63,552 nt of DNA, filler included, from Octopus bimaculoides (GCF_001194135.2; 7 parts of 7 records of this genome joined end to end with filler, not necessarily neighbours in it); one strand, 5' to 3'. Shown: positions 27,493 to 39,071, numbered from the whole stretch's first letter. A program made the numbers and translations. Notes: generated by a model from the sequence alone, not told the origin.

Positions 27493-29102
27493 CTCTTCTC
27501 TGTTCATCTGGCACCTATTTCCTCTCTTTCCTCCTACCCATCTCATCTCTCCTCTCTTGCCCTGATGCCTATTTCTTCTCTTCACTCCTACCCACATTTT
27601 CCCTTCATTGTACCCTCTCACTCCACCCCACCCCCACACTTCCAGCACCTCGACCTCGACCTCCACACGCGCACCAACCCCCAAATACTTACGTCACTCC
27701 TACATCCTCACCTCCACACCCCGACTCCAAACCCACACCCTACCCGCACGTCCTCACACCCCTCACTGCCACTCCACACCACACACCACCATACCACCAC
27801 GCCACATCACACCACCCCCACACTTAAACACATCAGCACAGGTTGTCAAGCGGTGATGGTTGGACGAACATAGACACAGACAAACACACATATATAAGAT
27901 AAACGTTAGCTGAAGTGCCTTTTCTAAATACAATGCAGCTACCCGTCCAGGAATCGATATTACGATCTCACGATCGTGAGTGTAGAAATAACAACTAGGC
28001 CATGCGCTCATGGATAATATAGGCCTATACTGAATTTACCTATAAAAAAAAAAGAGATGGTTACTACTGAATCGCTGTTGGTTTCTTAGTAAATATAGTT
28101 TATTCCGGGCGTTTAGACGAAAAGAAACATTAAATATGGTATAATTGATTGGTTAGATGACAATAGTTACCATCCATATAAATAAAATGTGTAACTTATG
28201 GAAGAGATCAATGATGAATCGAAGACGAACGAAGGGAAAATACCGATAGGTATTTAAATCGATACATTTCTATTTCTATTTTCCTGAAGATTTAGAAGTT
28301 CTTATATAAGGCAAAATTAAATATCAAGACATGGTGAGTTTCCTTAGACTAGAGCTGCTCATCTTCACGTCTGACTATTTTAAATACCCTGATTGCAAAT
28401 GATAGCAAAGTATACGGAAATGGTAGTCAGTCAAGATCACCGATTCTCCTAACCGACACTAGGTGGGGATTCCTCATCGGCGAATAACAAGCAGGTTACC
28501 GACGTTTGTTCTGCCATTTTAAATGATATATATATATNNNNNNNNNNNNNNNNNNNNNNNNNNNNNNNNNNNNNNNNNNNNNNNNNNNNNNNNNNNNNNN
28601 NNNNNNNNNNNNNNNNNNNNNNNNNNNNNNNNNNNNNNNNNNNNNNNNNNNNNNNNNNNNNNNNNNNNNNNNNNNNNNNNNNNNNNNNNNNNNNNNNNNN
28701 NNNNNNNNNNNNNNNNNNNNNNNNNNNNNNNNNNNNNNNNNNNNNNNNNNNNNNNNNNNNNNNNNNNNNNNNNNNNNNNNNNNNNNNNNNNNNNNNNNNN
28801 NNNNNNNNNNNNNNNNNNNNNNNNNNNNNNNNNNNATAAGCCAGCTGGAGGAGATGTCCTCCTGGGGCTAAAAGCAACAGTAACATCCACCCCTAGGGGT
28901 CAGCCACACTTAAGTGGCAATATACTACACTTTATCGTGCAGTTACTGTTAATACTTCATTTAGAGAATTAACATATATATATACATAGATATATGTATA
29001 TATATATGCATATATGTATATATATAAATATATATATGATTGTATAGATGCATCTATATATCTATCTATCTATCTATCTATCTACCATCTCCCCCTGTTT
29101 GC

Positions 29103-29191
<89 letters not shown>

Positions 29192-29544
29192 AATATGTAT
29201 TACACACGTGTGTTTTGTTTAATTAAAAACAATCAATACGTCTTCAGATATTGTATTCCATACACTCGCTAATATATAAATATGTATGTACCTGTCTATA
29301 AGCTTTTGTAACACCTTTCATAATATGCTGTTGCATACATGAATACACGCTAGAGTGGTGGGAACATTAACATCCCGTTGAGCTGTGGTAGGATTTTCTA
29401 GACACCATGCTTTTGGTTTATACATATGTATGAATGCGTTCGTCATATGGCATCTCTACATAACTATGCCGACAGCAATATGACACCAGCTCGAGCAATG
29501 ACACACATATACTTTTCTAGGGCCGTATTTTTCCCCTGGAGAAA

Positions 29545-29606
<62 letters not shown>

Positions 29607-30317
29607 GATTATCATGCTGTTGAAAATATTTTCTTTAGATTCGTATGGTCAGCTAACTTGCTAGCAATGAATGCGATTTAACTCTCTCTGACATGCTAAT
29701 GCATCATAACGGAAACACTATTGTTGTGTTGTCATTCTGTTTTTGGTGTAATCTGAATAAGAATTTTCAAGAGATATATGTCAATGCTGTCTAGGAAAGG
29801 GAAAACATATTTCTATATTGCATTTTAATATAAAATTATTAAATAGGAGCCTCTAGTCATGTTGTTGGGGAGCAAAATATTCTCTGCAATTTTAACTTTT
29901 CTCAACATGTTTTTCTNNNNNNNNNNNNNNNNNNNNNNNNNNNNNNNNNNNNNNNNNNNNNNNNNNNNNNNNNNNNNNNNNNNNNNNNNNNNNNNNNNNN
30001 NNNNNNNNNNNNNNNNNNNNNNNNNNNNNNNNNNNNNNNNNNNNNNNNNNNNNNNNNNNNNNNNNNNNNNNNNNNNNNNNNNNNNNNNNNNNNNNNNNNN
30101 NNNNNNNNNNNNNNNNNNNNNNNNNNNNNNNNNNNNNNNNNNNNNNNNNNNNNNNNNNNNNNNNNNNNNNNNNNNNNNNNNNNNNNNNNNNNNNNNNNNN
30201 NNNNNNNNNNNNNNNNNNNNNNNNNNNNNNNNNNNNNNNNNNNNNNNNNNNNNNNNNNNNNNNNNNNNNNNNNNNNNNNNNNNNNNNNNNNNNNNNNNNN
30301 NNNNNNNNNNNNNNNNN

Positions 30318-30359
<42 letters not shown>

Positions 30360-30665
30360 GTGCATATACATCTTCTTATTTCTTTTCATCATTTTATCTT
30401 GCCTCATAACCATTTAGAAAAGAAATTTCAATAGTGTTGATGATTTGTTTTTCCGCTGAGGAAAAGAAGGATGTCAGTTTATTAAATGTAAATTGCTCAT
30501 TCATTACAGTATATATTTGAACCAGTACTTACTACACAGGATCCATGTTACAGCCACCCTTAGGAAATATACTAGTATCAACATGGTATTACACCAGACA
30601 CAAATATATTTTTACATTTTCTAAAATGAAATACATACTTACATACATACATACATACATACATA

Positions 30666-30994
30666 CTGTATAATGAAATCCGCCGACAGGATAACCCCGG
30701 GGCTAAGGAGATGAAAACCCATCATGAGGTAGAGGCCATTACCACTCACAATATGAAAGAATATTGGTGGAATATCCCAATAAAAACCTCAATAAAGTGC
30801 AGACATAATAGACCGGATATAGTAATCTGGGACAGAGATGAGAAACACTGTACAGTAGTAGAAATCAGCTGTCCTCCGGATGTCAACATCCCACTAAAGA
30901 TTAGAGAAAAAGAGAACAACTACGCCGAGCTACTGAGAAATTTGCAGATACTCCACCCAGACTACAAGTTCAGATTCATACCTGTGATTGTTGG
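30666..30994 (+). mobile_element. REL-endonuclease fragment of an R2/R4-group retrotransposon
   Basis: Encodes YNEIRR...YWWNIPIKT...HNRPDIVIWD...VVEISCP...KENNY...FIPVIV, a PD-(D/E)xK pattern. It is cut by a gap. Confidence 0.8.
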
Positions 30995-31094
30995 NNNNNN
31001 NNNNNNNNNNNNNNNNNNNNNNNNNNNNNNNNNNNNNNTTAATTAATTAANNNNNNNNNNNNNNNNNNNNNNNNNNNNNNNNNNNNNNNNNNNN

Positions 31095-31147
<53 letters not shown>

Positions 31148-31448
31148 TACATACATATATGTACATGTAATAAAAGAAAAATGGAGAGTTTGTAAGGATA
31201 TAAAATTGATTTATTAACATACTGCCCAAAATAAAACCTCTGTACATTTCACTTCAGTCCAGTATATAATTGCAAATTCAAACATTGGAAGAAATCCAAT
31301 AATAAGAATAAAACACCATGTTGAATAGCGTTGAGTAGAATCTCATCAGGACTTGAGTATAATAGAGAAAGTTACATGTTTGTGGACTGGATTTCATCAG
31401 TAGACTTAGAAAAATAAGAAACGTATATTTATTTTGTGTATGTATGTG

Positions 31449-31849
31449 CTGTTGTTTGTTGTTGGCACTCCGTTGCTTACGAATTCGACGGTTCCAGTTG
31501 ATCCGATCAACGGAACAGCCTGCTCGTGAAATTAACGTGCAAGTGGCTGAGCACTCCACAGACACGTGTACCCTTAACGTAGTTCTCGGGGGGGATATTC
31601 AGCGTGACACAGAGTGTGACAAGGCTGACCCCCTTTGAATTACAGGTACAACAGAAACAGGAAGAAAGAGTGAGAGAAAGTTGTGGTGGAAGAGTACAGC
31701 AGGGTTCGCCACCATCCCCTGCCGGAGCCTCGTGGAGTTTTTAGGTGTTTTCGCTCAATAAACACTCACAACGCCCGGTCTGGGAATCGAAACCGCGATC
31801 CTATGACCGCGAGTCCACTGCCCTAACCACTGAGCCATTGTGCCTCCAC
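31449..31849 (-). mobile_element. tRNA-derived SINE family C (complete, CAA tail)
   Basis: Head tggctcagtggttagggcag...ggtttcgattccc. The 3' end matches the fragment at 36322-36430 (+) and a decayed piece at ~41300-41395. Confidence 0.85.
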
Positions 31850-32139
31850 GATGTGCTAATAATATAAAAAATGATATTAAAAAATATAGATAAAATTGTA
31901 ATATAAGGATAAAAAAAACACAAAAAGTTAGTTAATAAATTAATTTTATATCTTGACAAACGTTTCATTCTTCTTTAATAATATATATACTTATGATAAT
32001 CCCATACATATTGAAAAGACTTTCCTCAACGGTGTTGGCAATTGAACCAATGAAATTTGGGATATAATAATCCCTTATGAAGATAATATATCTTCGCATT
32101 GACTATGTATACATACACATACATATATATATATATATA

Positions 32140-33415
32140 TCAGGTTTAGTAAATAGTAAGCAACGTTTTGAACTTTAAAGAATTTGTACCAGATTTTTGC
32201 AGAATTTTGAATTTTTTTTAAACATTTAAAAAAAAAATTGTCTGATTATACAGCCCATAACTTGCCCAAATGCATCAATAAATTAACATTGATTTTTTTC
32301 ACAGTTGTTACAATCATCTGAAATGGAACTATCAAAGCACGATATTCGAGCAATTTTGCTATTCAACTTCAAAAAAGGACATAAAGCAGCTGAATCTATT
32401 CATGATATCAATGAAATGTTTTGCGAGGAAATGACCAGTGAGTGGTCAGCTCGAAAATTGTTTAAACGATTTTGCAGAGGAGACCTGAGCCTTGAAGATT
32501 GTGACTGTAGTGGACACCCACCTGTGATCAATGACGGTCAATTAAAGACCGTTGTTGAGAAAGACCCAGGTAAAACTACTCGAGAATTGGCAAAAGGACT
32601 TCAAGTTAGTCAGAAAACTGCCTGCAACCATTTGCATGTGATTGGAAAATCAAAAAAAGCTCAACAAATGGGTACCACACGATTTGAATGAAAATCAGAA
32701 AATGCGCAGATATGACAGTTGTTTCTTGCTTCTTTTCCGTAACCAGGACGATCCATTTCTCAACCGTATTGTAACTTGTGATGAAAAGTGAAAAGTGGAT
32801 CACAAATGTTTTTCGCAGTGGTTGGACCAAAATGAAGCACCGAAAACCTTTCCTAAACCTGAGCTCTTCGAAAAGAAGGTTATGGTGACTGTTTGGTAGT
32901 GTACTGTTGGACTCATCCACTATACCTTCTTACAACCCAGAAAAACCATTACAGCAGAAACATATTGCCATGAAATTGCCAAAATGAATGAAAAACTGCC
33001 ATTCCTCCATCTCAGACTGGTCAACAAAAGAGGGACAATCATTCTTCATGGCAATGCTCAACCACGTTTCGCTAATGATGCTCCATAAGTTGAGGAAACT
33101 TGGCTACGATGTTCTTCCCCACCCAGCTTATTCCTCAGACCTTTCTCCTACCAACTACTACTTTTTCAAGCACCTTGATGGTTTCCTGCAAGAGAAGGAG
33201 TTAAAAAAATCAAACCGATGCTGAAAGTGCGTTCAAAGAGTTCATCAGGTCCAGAACTCCAGATTTTTATGTTACCGGAATAAACCAATTTGAAACTCGT
33301 TGGGGAAAATGTGTTGATTGTAATGGTACTTACTTTGATAAATAAAATTTGCGCATTGTTGAAATACATTGTGATGAATTTCATGTTTCAAATTGTTGCT
33401 TACTTTTTACTGAGC

Positions 33416-33419
<4 letters not shown>
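32140..33419 (+). mobile_element. Full-length (1280 bp) decayed mariner transposon
   Basis: Imperfect ~32-bp TIRs (tcaggtttagtaaatagtaagcaac / gttgcttactttttactgagcctga) with TA on both sides. The transposase starts at ATG 32323 and has stops and frameshifts: HTH region, RIVTCDEK, KKVMVTVW, LPHPAYSSDLSPTNYYFF. Confidence 0.93.
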
Positions 33420-33493
<74 letters not shown>

Positions 33494-33840
33494 CATACAT
33501 ACACACACACATATATGTATTTACAAACACACATACAAATATAAAGCTCATCTGATGTTTTATCCATCATCACATGGTAGTAATGTCCAGTTATGTCCCT
33601 TTGTTGTAAATGCATAGGCATTCTAGTAACTAAGTGTTGTATTTCTGTCACTTGTAATAATTTCAGTCATAGCAAGGGAGATAATCACTCGGGGCAAAAG
33701 AGTGACTGAGTGTACAAATCTCTGTACACCCTTGAGCACGAAGGCAGATATTTTTTACCTTAGTTTCTTGTTTAAACAGAATACCACTGCCACCACCACC
33801 ACTGGTATTAATGTTTGTTTTTTGCTTTTTTTTTTTTGGT

Positions 33841-35175
33841 TCACAAACGACTTTTAGTGTACCCTTTCCCAAGTGTATTCCACAGAAAGTCTCTTATCCG
33901 TTTCCATGACTCTTCCTGTGCCACAGCATGTAACTTTGGCGTGCCGCCATAATACGCTACCCCTTTCAACCACTTGTGATACGTGGCGGAGCAGAGTGGG
34001 GCATGAGGTGGCTCTATGAGATGACCAGCACCTTCGTAAACGGCCACTTCTACCATTGACCGGTCAGCGTCACTCAAGGTGTCTAACCACTTTGTAACAT
34101 CGGACCCTTTTACCATCGTGTCCTCCGCGCCAAGGATTATGAGTAAAGAGGGTGTGTGACTGGTATTAAAAGTGAAGTATTTCTCCAGATCATATTCCAC
34201 TTGCATTGATCTCATACCATCGTTTTGGATCACTATACTTATACACTGCAAATTGAGGCAAGGGACAAGTTGTCCAGCCCTTGTAAATTTAGTCCCAGTG
34301 CCAAATGTAGGTGGATGGCCTATACCGACGGCTGATTTCACAATCGGACAGTTTAAACCCATGTAGAGGGTGATCTGTGCCCCGAGTGACACACCCACCA
34401 TGCCAATTCCCCCTGGGGCCACATTAGGTTGGCTCTGCAACCAATGAGCTGCTTCCTCAAAGTACTCGTATTCAAAACGTAATTCAGTCGGCAGGTCTTT
34501 GTAGTAGAAGTAACCCAGCGCCATGGCGACAAACCCATGAGATGCAAGAAGTGCAGCCCTCATTTCTAACAACCCACCACGGGAACCAAACATATCAATC
34601 ACCCCAGGGCGTGTCTCGCCATCCCGCAAGCCAGCTGGGATAAACAACGTTCCTCGGATACGCCCCGTTTCCACCACAATTCGACTCACATCCGGAGCCT
34701 TATATGAGCGCAGGACTACCTTCTTAGCCAGGAGGTTCTCCTCACTACAACCAGCCTTTATAACACCCCGTTCTTCATACTTCACCCACAACTCATCCCA
34801 ACACAAGTGACCATCGTACACTCGTATCTCAAATGCGAGAGGTTCACTTGCTTCACTCTGGTAAAGTCGCTCACCAGTCCGCTGTCCTGGGACAGACACC
34901 ATGCTCCAGAAAAGACCCATAGATTCCACACCAACGTACAAGCCAGAAGGTTCTGCACACTCTTTGCTCAAATCTACATCACCATGTTCTGAAACTGTGT
35001 AGTGGCTATACGAACCAAAGTGTTTACCATTCTGCTCTATCCAGGCACTGATGGTGACTGAAGTAAAGGGTAGCAAGTTCAATACCTGGATAGAGATCAC
35101 TTGGTCAATAAGAGCTTCTTCAGGATAGCACTCTACTCGCACAGCCATTTCTTTCTCATTGCTGTTGTTACTCAT
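33841..35175 (-). CDS. Type-I acyl-CoA thioesterase / bile acid-CoA:amino acid N-acyltransferase (ACOT/BAAT/ACNAT) family protein, 444 aa, uninterrupted CDS, predicted peroxisomal
   Basis: Open ORF with family motifs GLFWSM, GRIRGTLF, PGVIDMFGSRGGLLEMRAALLASHGF, nucleophile elbow GVSLG (Ser263), LGAED (Asp352) and GAGHLIEPPHAPLC (His385), plus HAVAQEESWKRI. It ends in KSRL-stop (PTS1). The exact orthologue cannot be assigned without a tree. Confidence 0.95.
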   Translation of the reverse strand: MSNNSNEKEMAVRVECYPEEALIDQVISIQVLNLLPFTSVTISAWIEQNGKHFGSYSHYTVSEHGDVDLSKECAEPSGLYVGVESMGLFWSMVSVPGQRTGERLYQSEASEPLAFEIRVYDGHLCWDELWVKYEERGVIKAGCSEENLLAKKVVLRSYKAPDVSRIVVETGRIRGTLFIPAGLRDGETRPGVIDMFGSRGGLLEMRAALLASHGFVAMALGYFYYKDLPTELRFEYEYFEEAAHWLQSQPNVAPGGIGMVGVSLGAQITLYMGLNCPIVKSAVGIGHPPTFGTGTKFTRAGQLVPCLNLQCISIVIQNDGMRSMQVEYDLEKYFTFNTSHTPSLLIILGAEDTMVKGSDVTKWLDTLSDADRSMVEVAVYEGAGHLIEPPHAPLCSATYHKWLKGVAYYGGTPKLHAVAQEESWKRIRDFLWNTLGKGYTKSRL

Positions 35176-35315
35176 TTTGATGTTGCTGTTGATGATGATG
35201 TTACGGATGCTGTTTTTGTAGTTGCTGTTTTTATACTTGCCGTTTTCGCTGTTGCTATAACCTTGTTGTTGTTCCTCTTCTCATACCCACTTTCTCTGTC
35301 GATGGCGGATCGTCT

Positions 35316-35345
35316 CTACAATAAGAAAAAAAAACAAAGAAAATC
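35316..35345 (-). promoter_or_regulatory. Candidate 3' splice acceptor for the exon carrying the thioesterase CDS
   Basis: The minus strand reads a polypyrimidine tract followed by TAG (ttttctttgttttttttcttattgtag|agacg), 140 nt upstream of the ATG. An in-frame TGA lies between the acceptor and the ATG, so this stretch would be 5'UTR. Confidence 0.5.
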
Positions 35346-35400
35346 TCAAGTCAACAAATAACAAAAAACAATGCTTTAACGACGGATTAGCAAACACACA

Positions 35401-35674
35401 ACACGGCTAGAGTTACAGTTTTAACCTTGTAGCATTCAAACTGGCCATATCCAGCCTAAATATTTTACCTGTTATATGTTAAAACCAGCCAGATGCAGCC
35501 TTTCAAACTTACCCTGCAATGTCATTCTAAAAATAAACACGGCTAGAATTACAGTTTTAACCTTGTAGCATTCAAACTGGCCATATCCAGCCTAAATATT
35601 TTACTTGTTATATGTTAAAACCAGCCAGATCCAGTCTCTCACACTTACCCTACAATGTCATTCTAAAAATAAAC
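35401..35674 (+). repeat. 136-bp tandem duplication containing the 5' part of a TTAA-flanked MITE-like repeat
   Basis: acacggctag...gtcattctaaaaataaac occurs at 35401 and 35537 with few mismatches. Both copies contain ttaa-ccttgtagcattc. Confidence 0.85.
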
Positions 35675-35918
35675 AAGCACATCATGGAAATTTTGAAACT
35701 ACAAGATAGTGCTTGATTCATTGAAAACAATATGAATTACATTTGACAGAATGTGCAATTTACAAGGAAAGACCCAGAGGAGCAGTTACAGGGTAGCCAA
35801 ATGTCACATAAGCGCCTAAGAAATTAGTAATCACAATTGTATGGGTGATAATTTCTAGGAGAAGTTAAACGTGTTTTGAAGAATATAAGAATAATAGAAA
35901 ATGGAGACAAATACTCAA

Positions 35919-36141
35919 GATGAAGTAGTTGTATGCTGTCAACTTAATGTGACAGTCCCCTGAAGGGAATAATACTACTGTTGGTTAGCCCTAGGAAGCT
36001 GCACCGCTTCCTGTCGGCCTTGACACATTTCCTGTGTCCTTATGTTTACAAGGTGGTGCAGCTTCCTAGGTCAAAACAACAGTAGTATTATTCCCTTCAG
36101 GGGACTGTCACATTAAGTTGACAGCATACAACTACTTCATC
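35919..36141. repeat. Long inverted repeat with 65-bp perfect arms
   Basis: 35919-35983 is the exact reverse complement of 36077-36141. The stem continues inward imperfectly (cctaggaagctgcacc / ggtgcagcttcctagg). Confidence 0.95.
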
Positions 36142-36321
36142 GTATCGCTACTGCATAAATCTCTCTGAGAGATTTAGAAATGTATTATTTCTAAATACTC
36201 AAGATGTTACTCAAATCATTTATATCACCGAAATACGTTTCGATAGATACATTAAGAATAAATCTGAGAGGACGGATAATGTGGAAAAATGCACCAGTCT
36301 CATTAGGGAGGATATAAACAA

Positions 36322-36430
36322 CACTTGCACGTTAATTTCACGAGCAGCAGGCTGTTCCGTTGATCGGATCAACTGGAACCCTCGACGTCGTAAGCGACGG
36401 GAGTGCCAACAACAACAACAACAACAACAA
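36322..36430 (+). mobile_element. SINE family C 3' fragment with (CAA)n tail
   Basis: cacttgcacgttaatttcacgagc...gatcggatcaactggaacc...gagtgccaacaacaac. Confidence 0.8.
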
Positions 36431-36862
36431 CATATTATTGTTATTACAGTTATTGAGCAAAACCCTTTCACCATTAAGGATATAGTTGCTATGCGAGGAT
36501 ATATCGTCTGTAGGAAGTTAATGGTGTCGGAGAAACCAATATGGATACAATGTGTGTTGAGAAAAGCGTGGTATCTGGAATTTTTGAGAAAGTTCCTTTA
36601 GATGGCTTGACAAAAAAGGTAGGTAAGGTTACTATTAACTTGTTTTCCATATGGAATAATAAACTAAATAGTTTTACTAGGGTCAGGCGATTTATAGGGA
36701 GATTTCTCATTAAAATACCTGTTTTTTTTTACAGAAGCGTTACCTCCCTTAGACTGTTTATTTTTAAATTTTCCAAAATTAGGATTTTGGCTGTTTCAAT
36801 ATAAAGGGCTTTTACCTAGATTATGACCTGCGGGAGAAACATTATAAGTATTATTATTATCA

Positions 36863-37150
36863 ATTAACGTGCGTTTTCTATGCTGTCATGGGTTGGACGG
36901 TTTGACTGAGGTCTGGAGAGCCAGTGGCTGCACCAGGCTCCAATCAAGTCTGGCAGAGTTTCTACAGCTGGATGCCTTTCCTAATGCCAACCACTCCAAG
37001 AGTGTGGTGGGTGCTTTTTATGTGCCACCAGCACAGGAGCCAGTAAGGTGGGCCTGGCAATGATCACGTTTGGATGGTGCTTTTTACGTGCCACTTGCAC
37101 AAGAGCCAGTCAGGAGGTACTGGCATCGGTCACAATCAGTTAGTGCTTTG
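36863..37150 (-). mobile_element. 3' end of an RTE-related LINE/SINE (family D)
   Basis: Homologous to 62780-62965 (+) and 62970-63075 (-). Its assignment to the RTE group is from recall and was not verified. Confidence 0.6.
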
Positions 37151-38799
37151 TGACCGATATATATNNNNNNNNNNNNNNNNNNNNNNNNNNNNNNNNNNNN
37201 NNNNNNNNTTAATTAATTAANNNNNNNNNNNNNNNNNNNNNNNNNNNNNNNNNNNNNNNNNNNNAGAAATATTAATAACTCTATTTCTGAAAACCAGTGG
37301 ATAGATTCCACTGAAATTAGATAAATAACCTTCGAGCAGATAGTCAGCAGCGCCGCCTGGCTAAGGCTTGGCTACTCTGCATTGACAAGGGGCAACACCC
37401 TGAAACTAGTCTAGTCTGCAGATGCCAAACCAGCAGGGGGACACTGCTGACCTCCCCTGTTCGAAGGTTATAAAGGACACAGGTTTCGTGTGTCACATAG
37501 CTAGCTAGAGGCGATGGCTTCTTGGAGCTAATTCACGGCAGCTTTCGTCCTAATTTTGGGACTGCCATGTTGGCTTGGCGATAACTATTAATTTCCAGTA
37601 CCGCTGCCGTAGTCTCCTTAACCACACAGCCATGTCTGTGCCACAATCGCTGTTATTAACGATGTGTTTTCTTCTTGTTCATATTGTTTAGACCCAGGCC
37701 AACCCTATCGAAAACATTCCAGCTTTGACCATTCTGCCTTTTCCCCTATCTACCACTAAATTATCCAGTTGTGTCTCTCGTTTCGTAAGTATCATTTTTG
37801 GTGTGGTGATTTCAACAGCAATTATTATTATACACGTGTATTATAATAGTAGTTGCTGATGATTGTAGCGCGTGAGTGTATGTGTGTGTGTGTGTAGATG
37901 ATCGTGATAGATCAGACTTCCTGATGTTGTTCTACATCGCTGGCCACAATGCGCTTTGCATCGCTTTGCATTTGCTTTCGAATGATGCCAGAAGTGGGCA
38001 GGCCAACATTCCCCTTGGTCGGAAAGATAGTCGTTCGAAGAGTTACCCATTTATCATTGTTTGACCCGGGGCAACGTGAAATGAAGTGTTTTGTTTAAGT
38101 TGACAACACGCCGCTCAATCCGGGAATCGAACCCACGATCGCTAGATCGTGAGTGCGACACCCTAACCAATAGGCCACACGCCTACTTGCACACACACAC
38201 ACACACACGTGTTTCTCTTTTTTTTTGTGCTGCTGTCGTAACATTTTGTTGGCTATTATAGATTTTGTTGATTTTATTGTTCAGTGTTGCTTTTGGCGGT
38301 ATTTTATGAGCAATGAGCTCGCAAATGTTACCGCTGTTATTGCTGTTCTCACGCTTGGTATTTCCGCAGATGTTACTGATATTACTGCTGCTGCTGTTGC
38401 TGCTGATGTTGTTTCTGTTGTTATTGTTCACACTTCTCATGGTTCGCCATTCGTTTTCGTATGAAAGAATGCGACATCGGCAGCTTTAAACAGTCTGTTA
38501 ATTTCCAATTCGCTCAGTGTTCGCACTAATTGTATTTCTTTAGCTGCTCACATAAAAGACAATACAAAGAAATAGGAGTTACATCACGTTTACGACATCT
38601 GCTTACATTGCAGGCTTTGTGGGAAGGGGTGTATACATACATACATACTCACACACACAAACATATACATATAGCACTATACATACGTCTATACAAGATG
38701 CTTTCTCAACACGAGTACCGCAGTATTGTGGTTTTCTTTTAGTATATCCACGTTAAGATATTCAGATTTGCTATTCGGTACTAATCCTGCTTCCGTTTC

Positions 38800-39020
38800 T
38801 AATGATGGTTTCAAATTTTGGCACAAGACCAGTAATTTCGGTGAAGTGGGTAAGTCGATTGCACCGACGCCCAGTGCTCAACTGGTACTTATTTTATCGG
38901 CCATGAAATGGGCGAAACGCAAAGTCGACCTCAGCGGAATTTGAACTCGGAACGTGAAGACGGACGAAATGCCGCTAAGCATTTTGCTCGGCGTGTTAAC
39001 GATTCTAGCAGCTCGCCACC

Positions 39021-39022
<2 letters not shown>
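38800..39022 (-). mobile_element. SINE family B copy
   Basis: Reverse complement of the family B consensus seen at 4958 and 55253. Confidence 0.8.

Positions 39023-39071
<49 letters not shown>

Noticed and set aside
31790-31849. tRNA-like sequences with A and B boxes (also 7257, 12729, 38120-38185)
   Set aside because: These are SINE heads: they continue into SINE bodies and lack a complete cloverleaf.
33818-33837. A12 / A-rich run 3 nt after the thioesterase stop as a retrogene poly(A) remnant
   Set aside because: No polyadenylation signal or TSD was found, and A-runs are ubiquitous here. It is too weak to support retroposition by itself.
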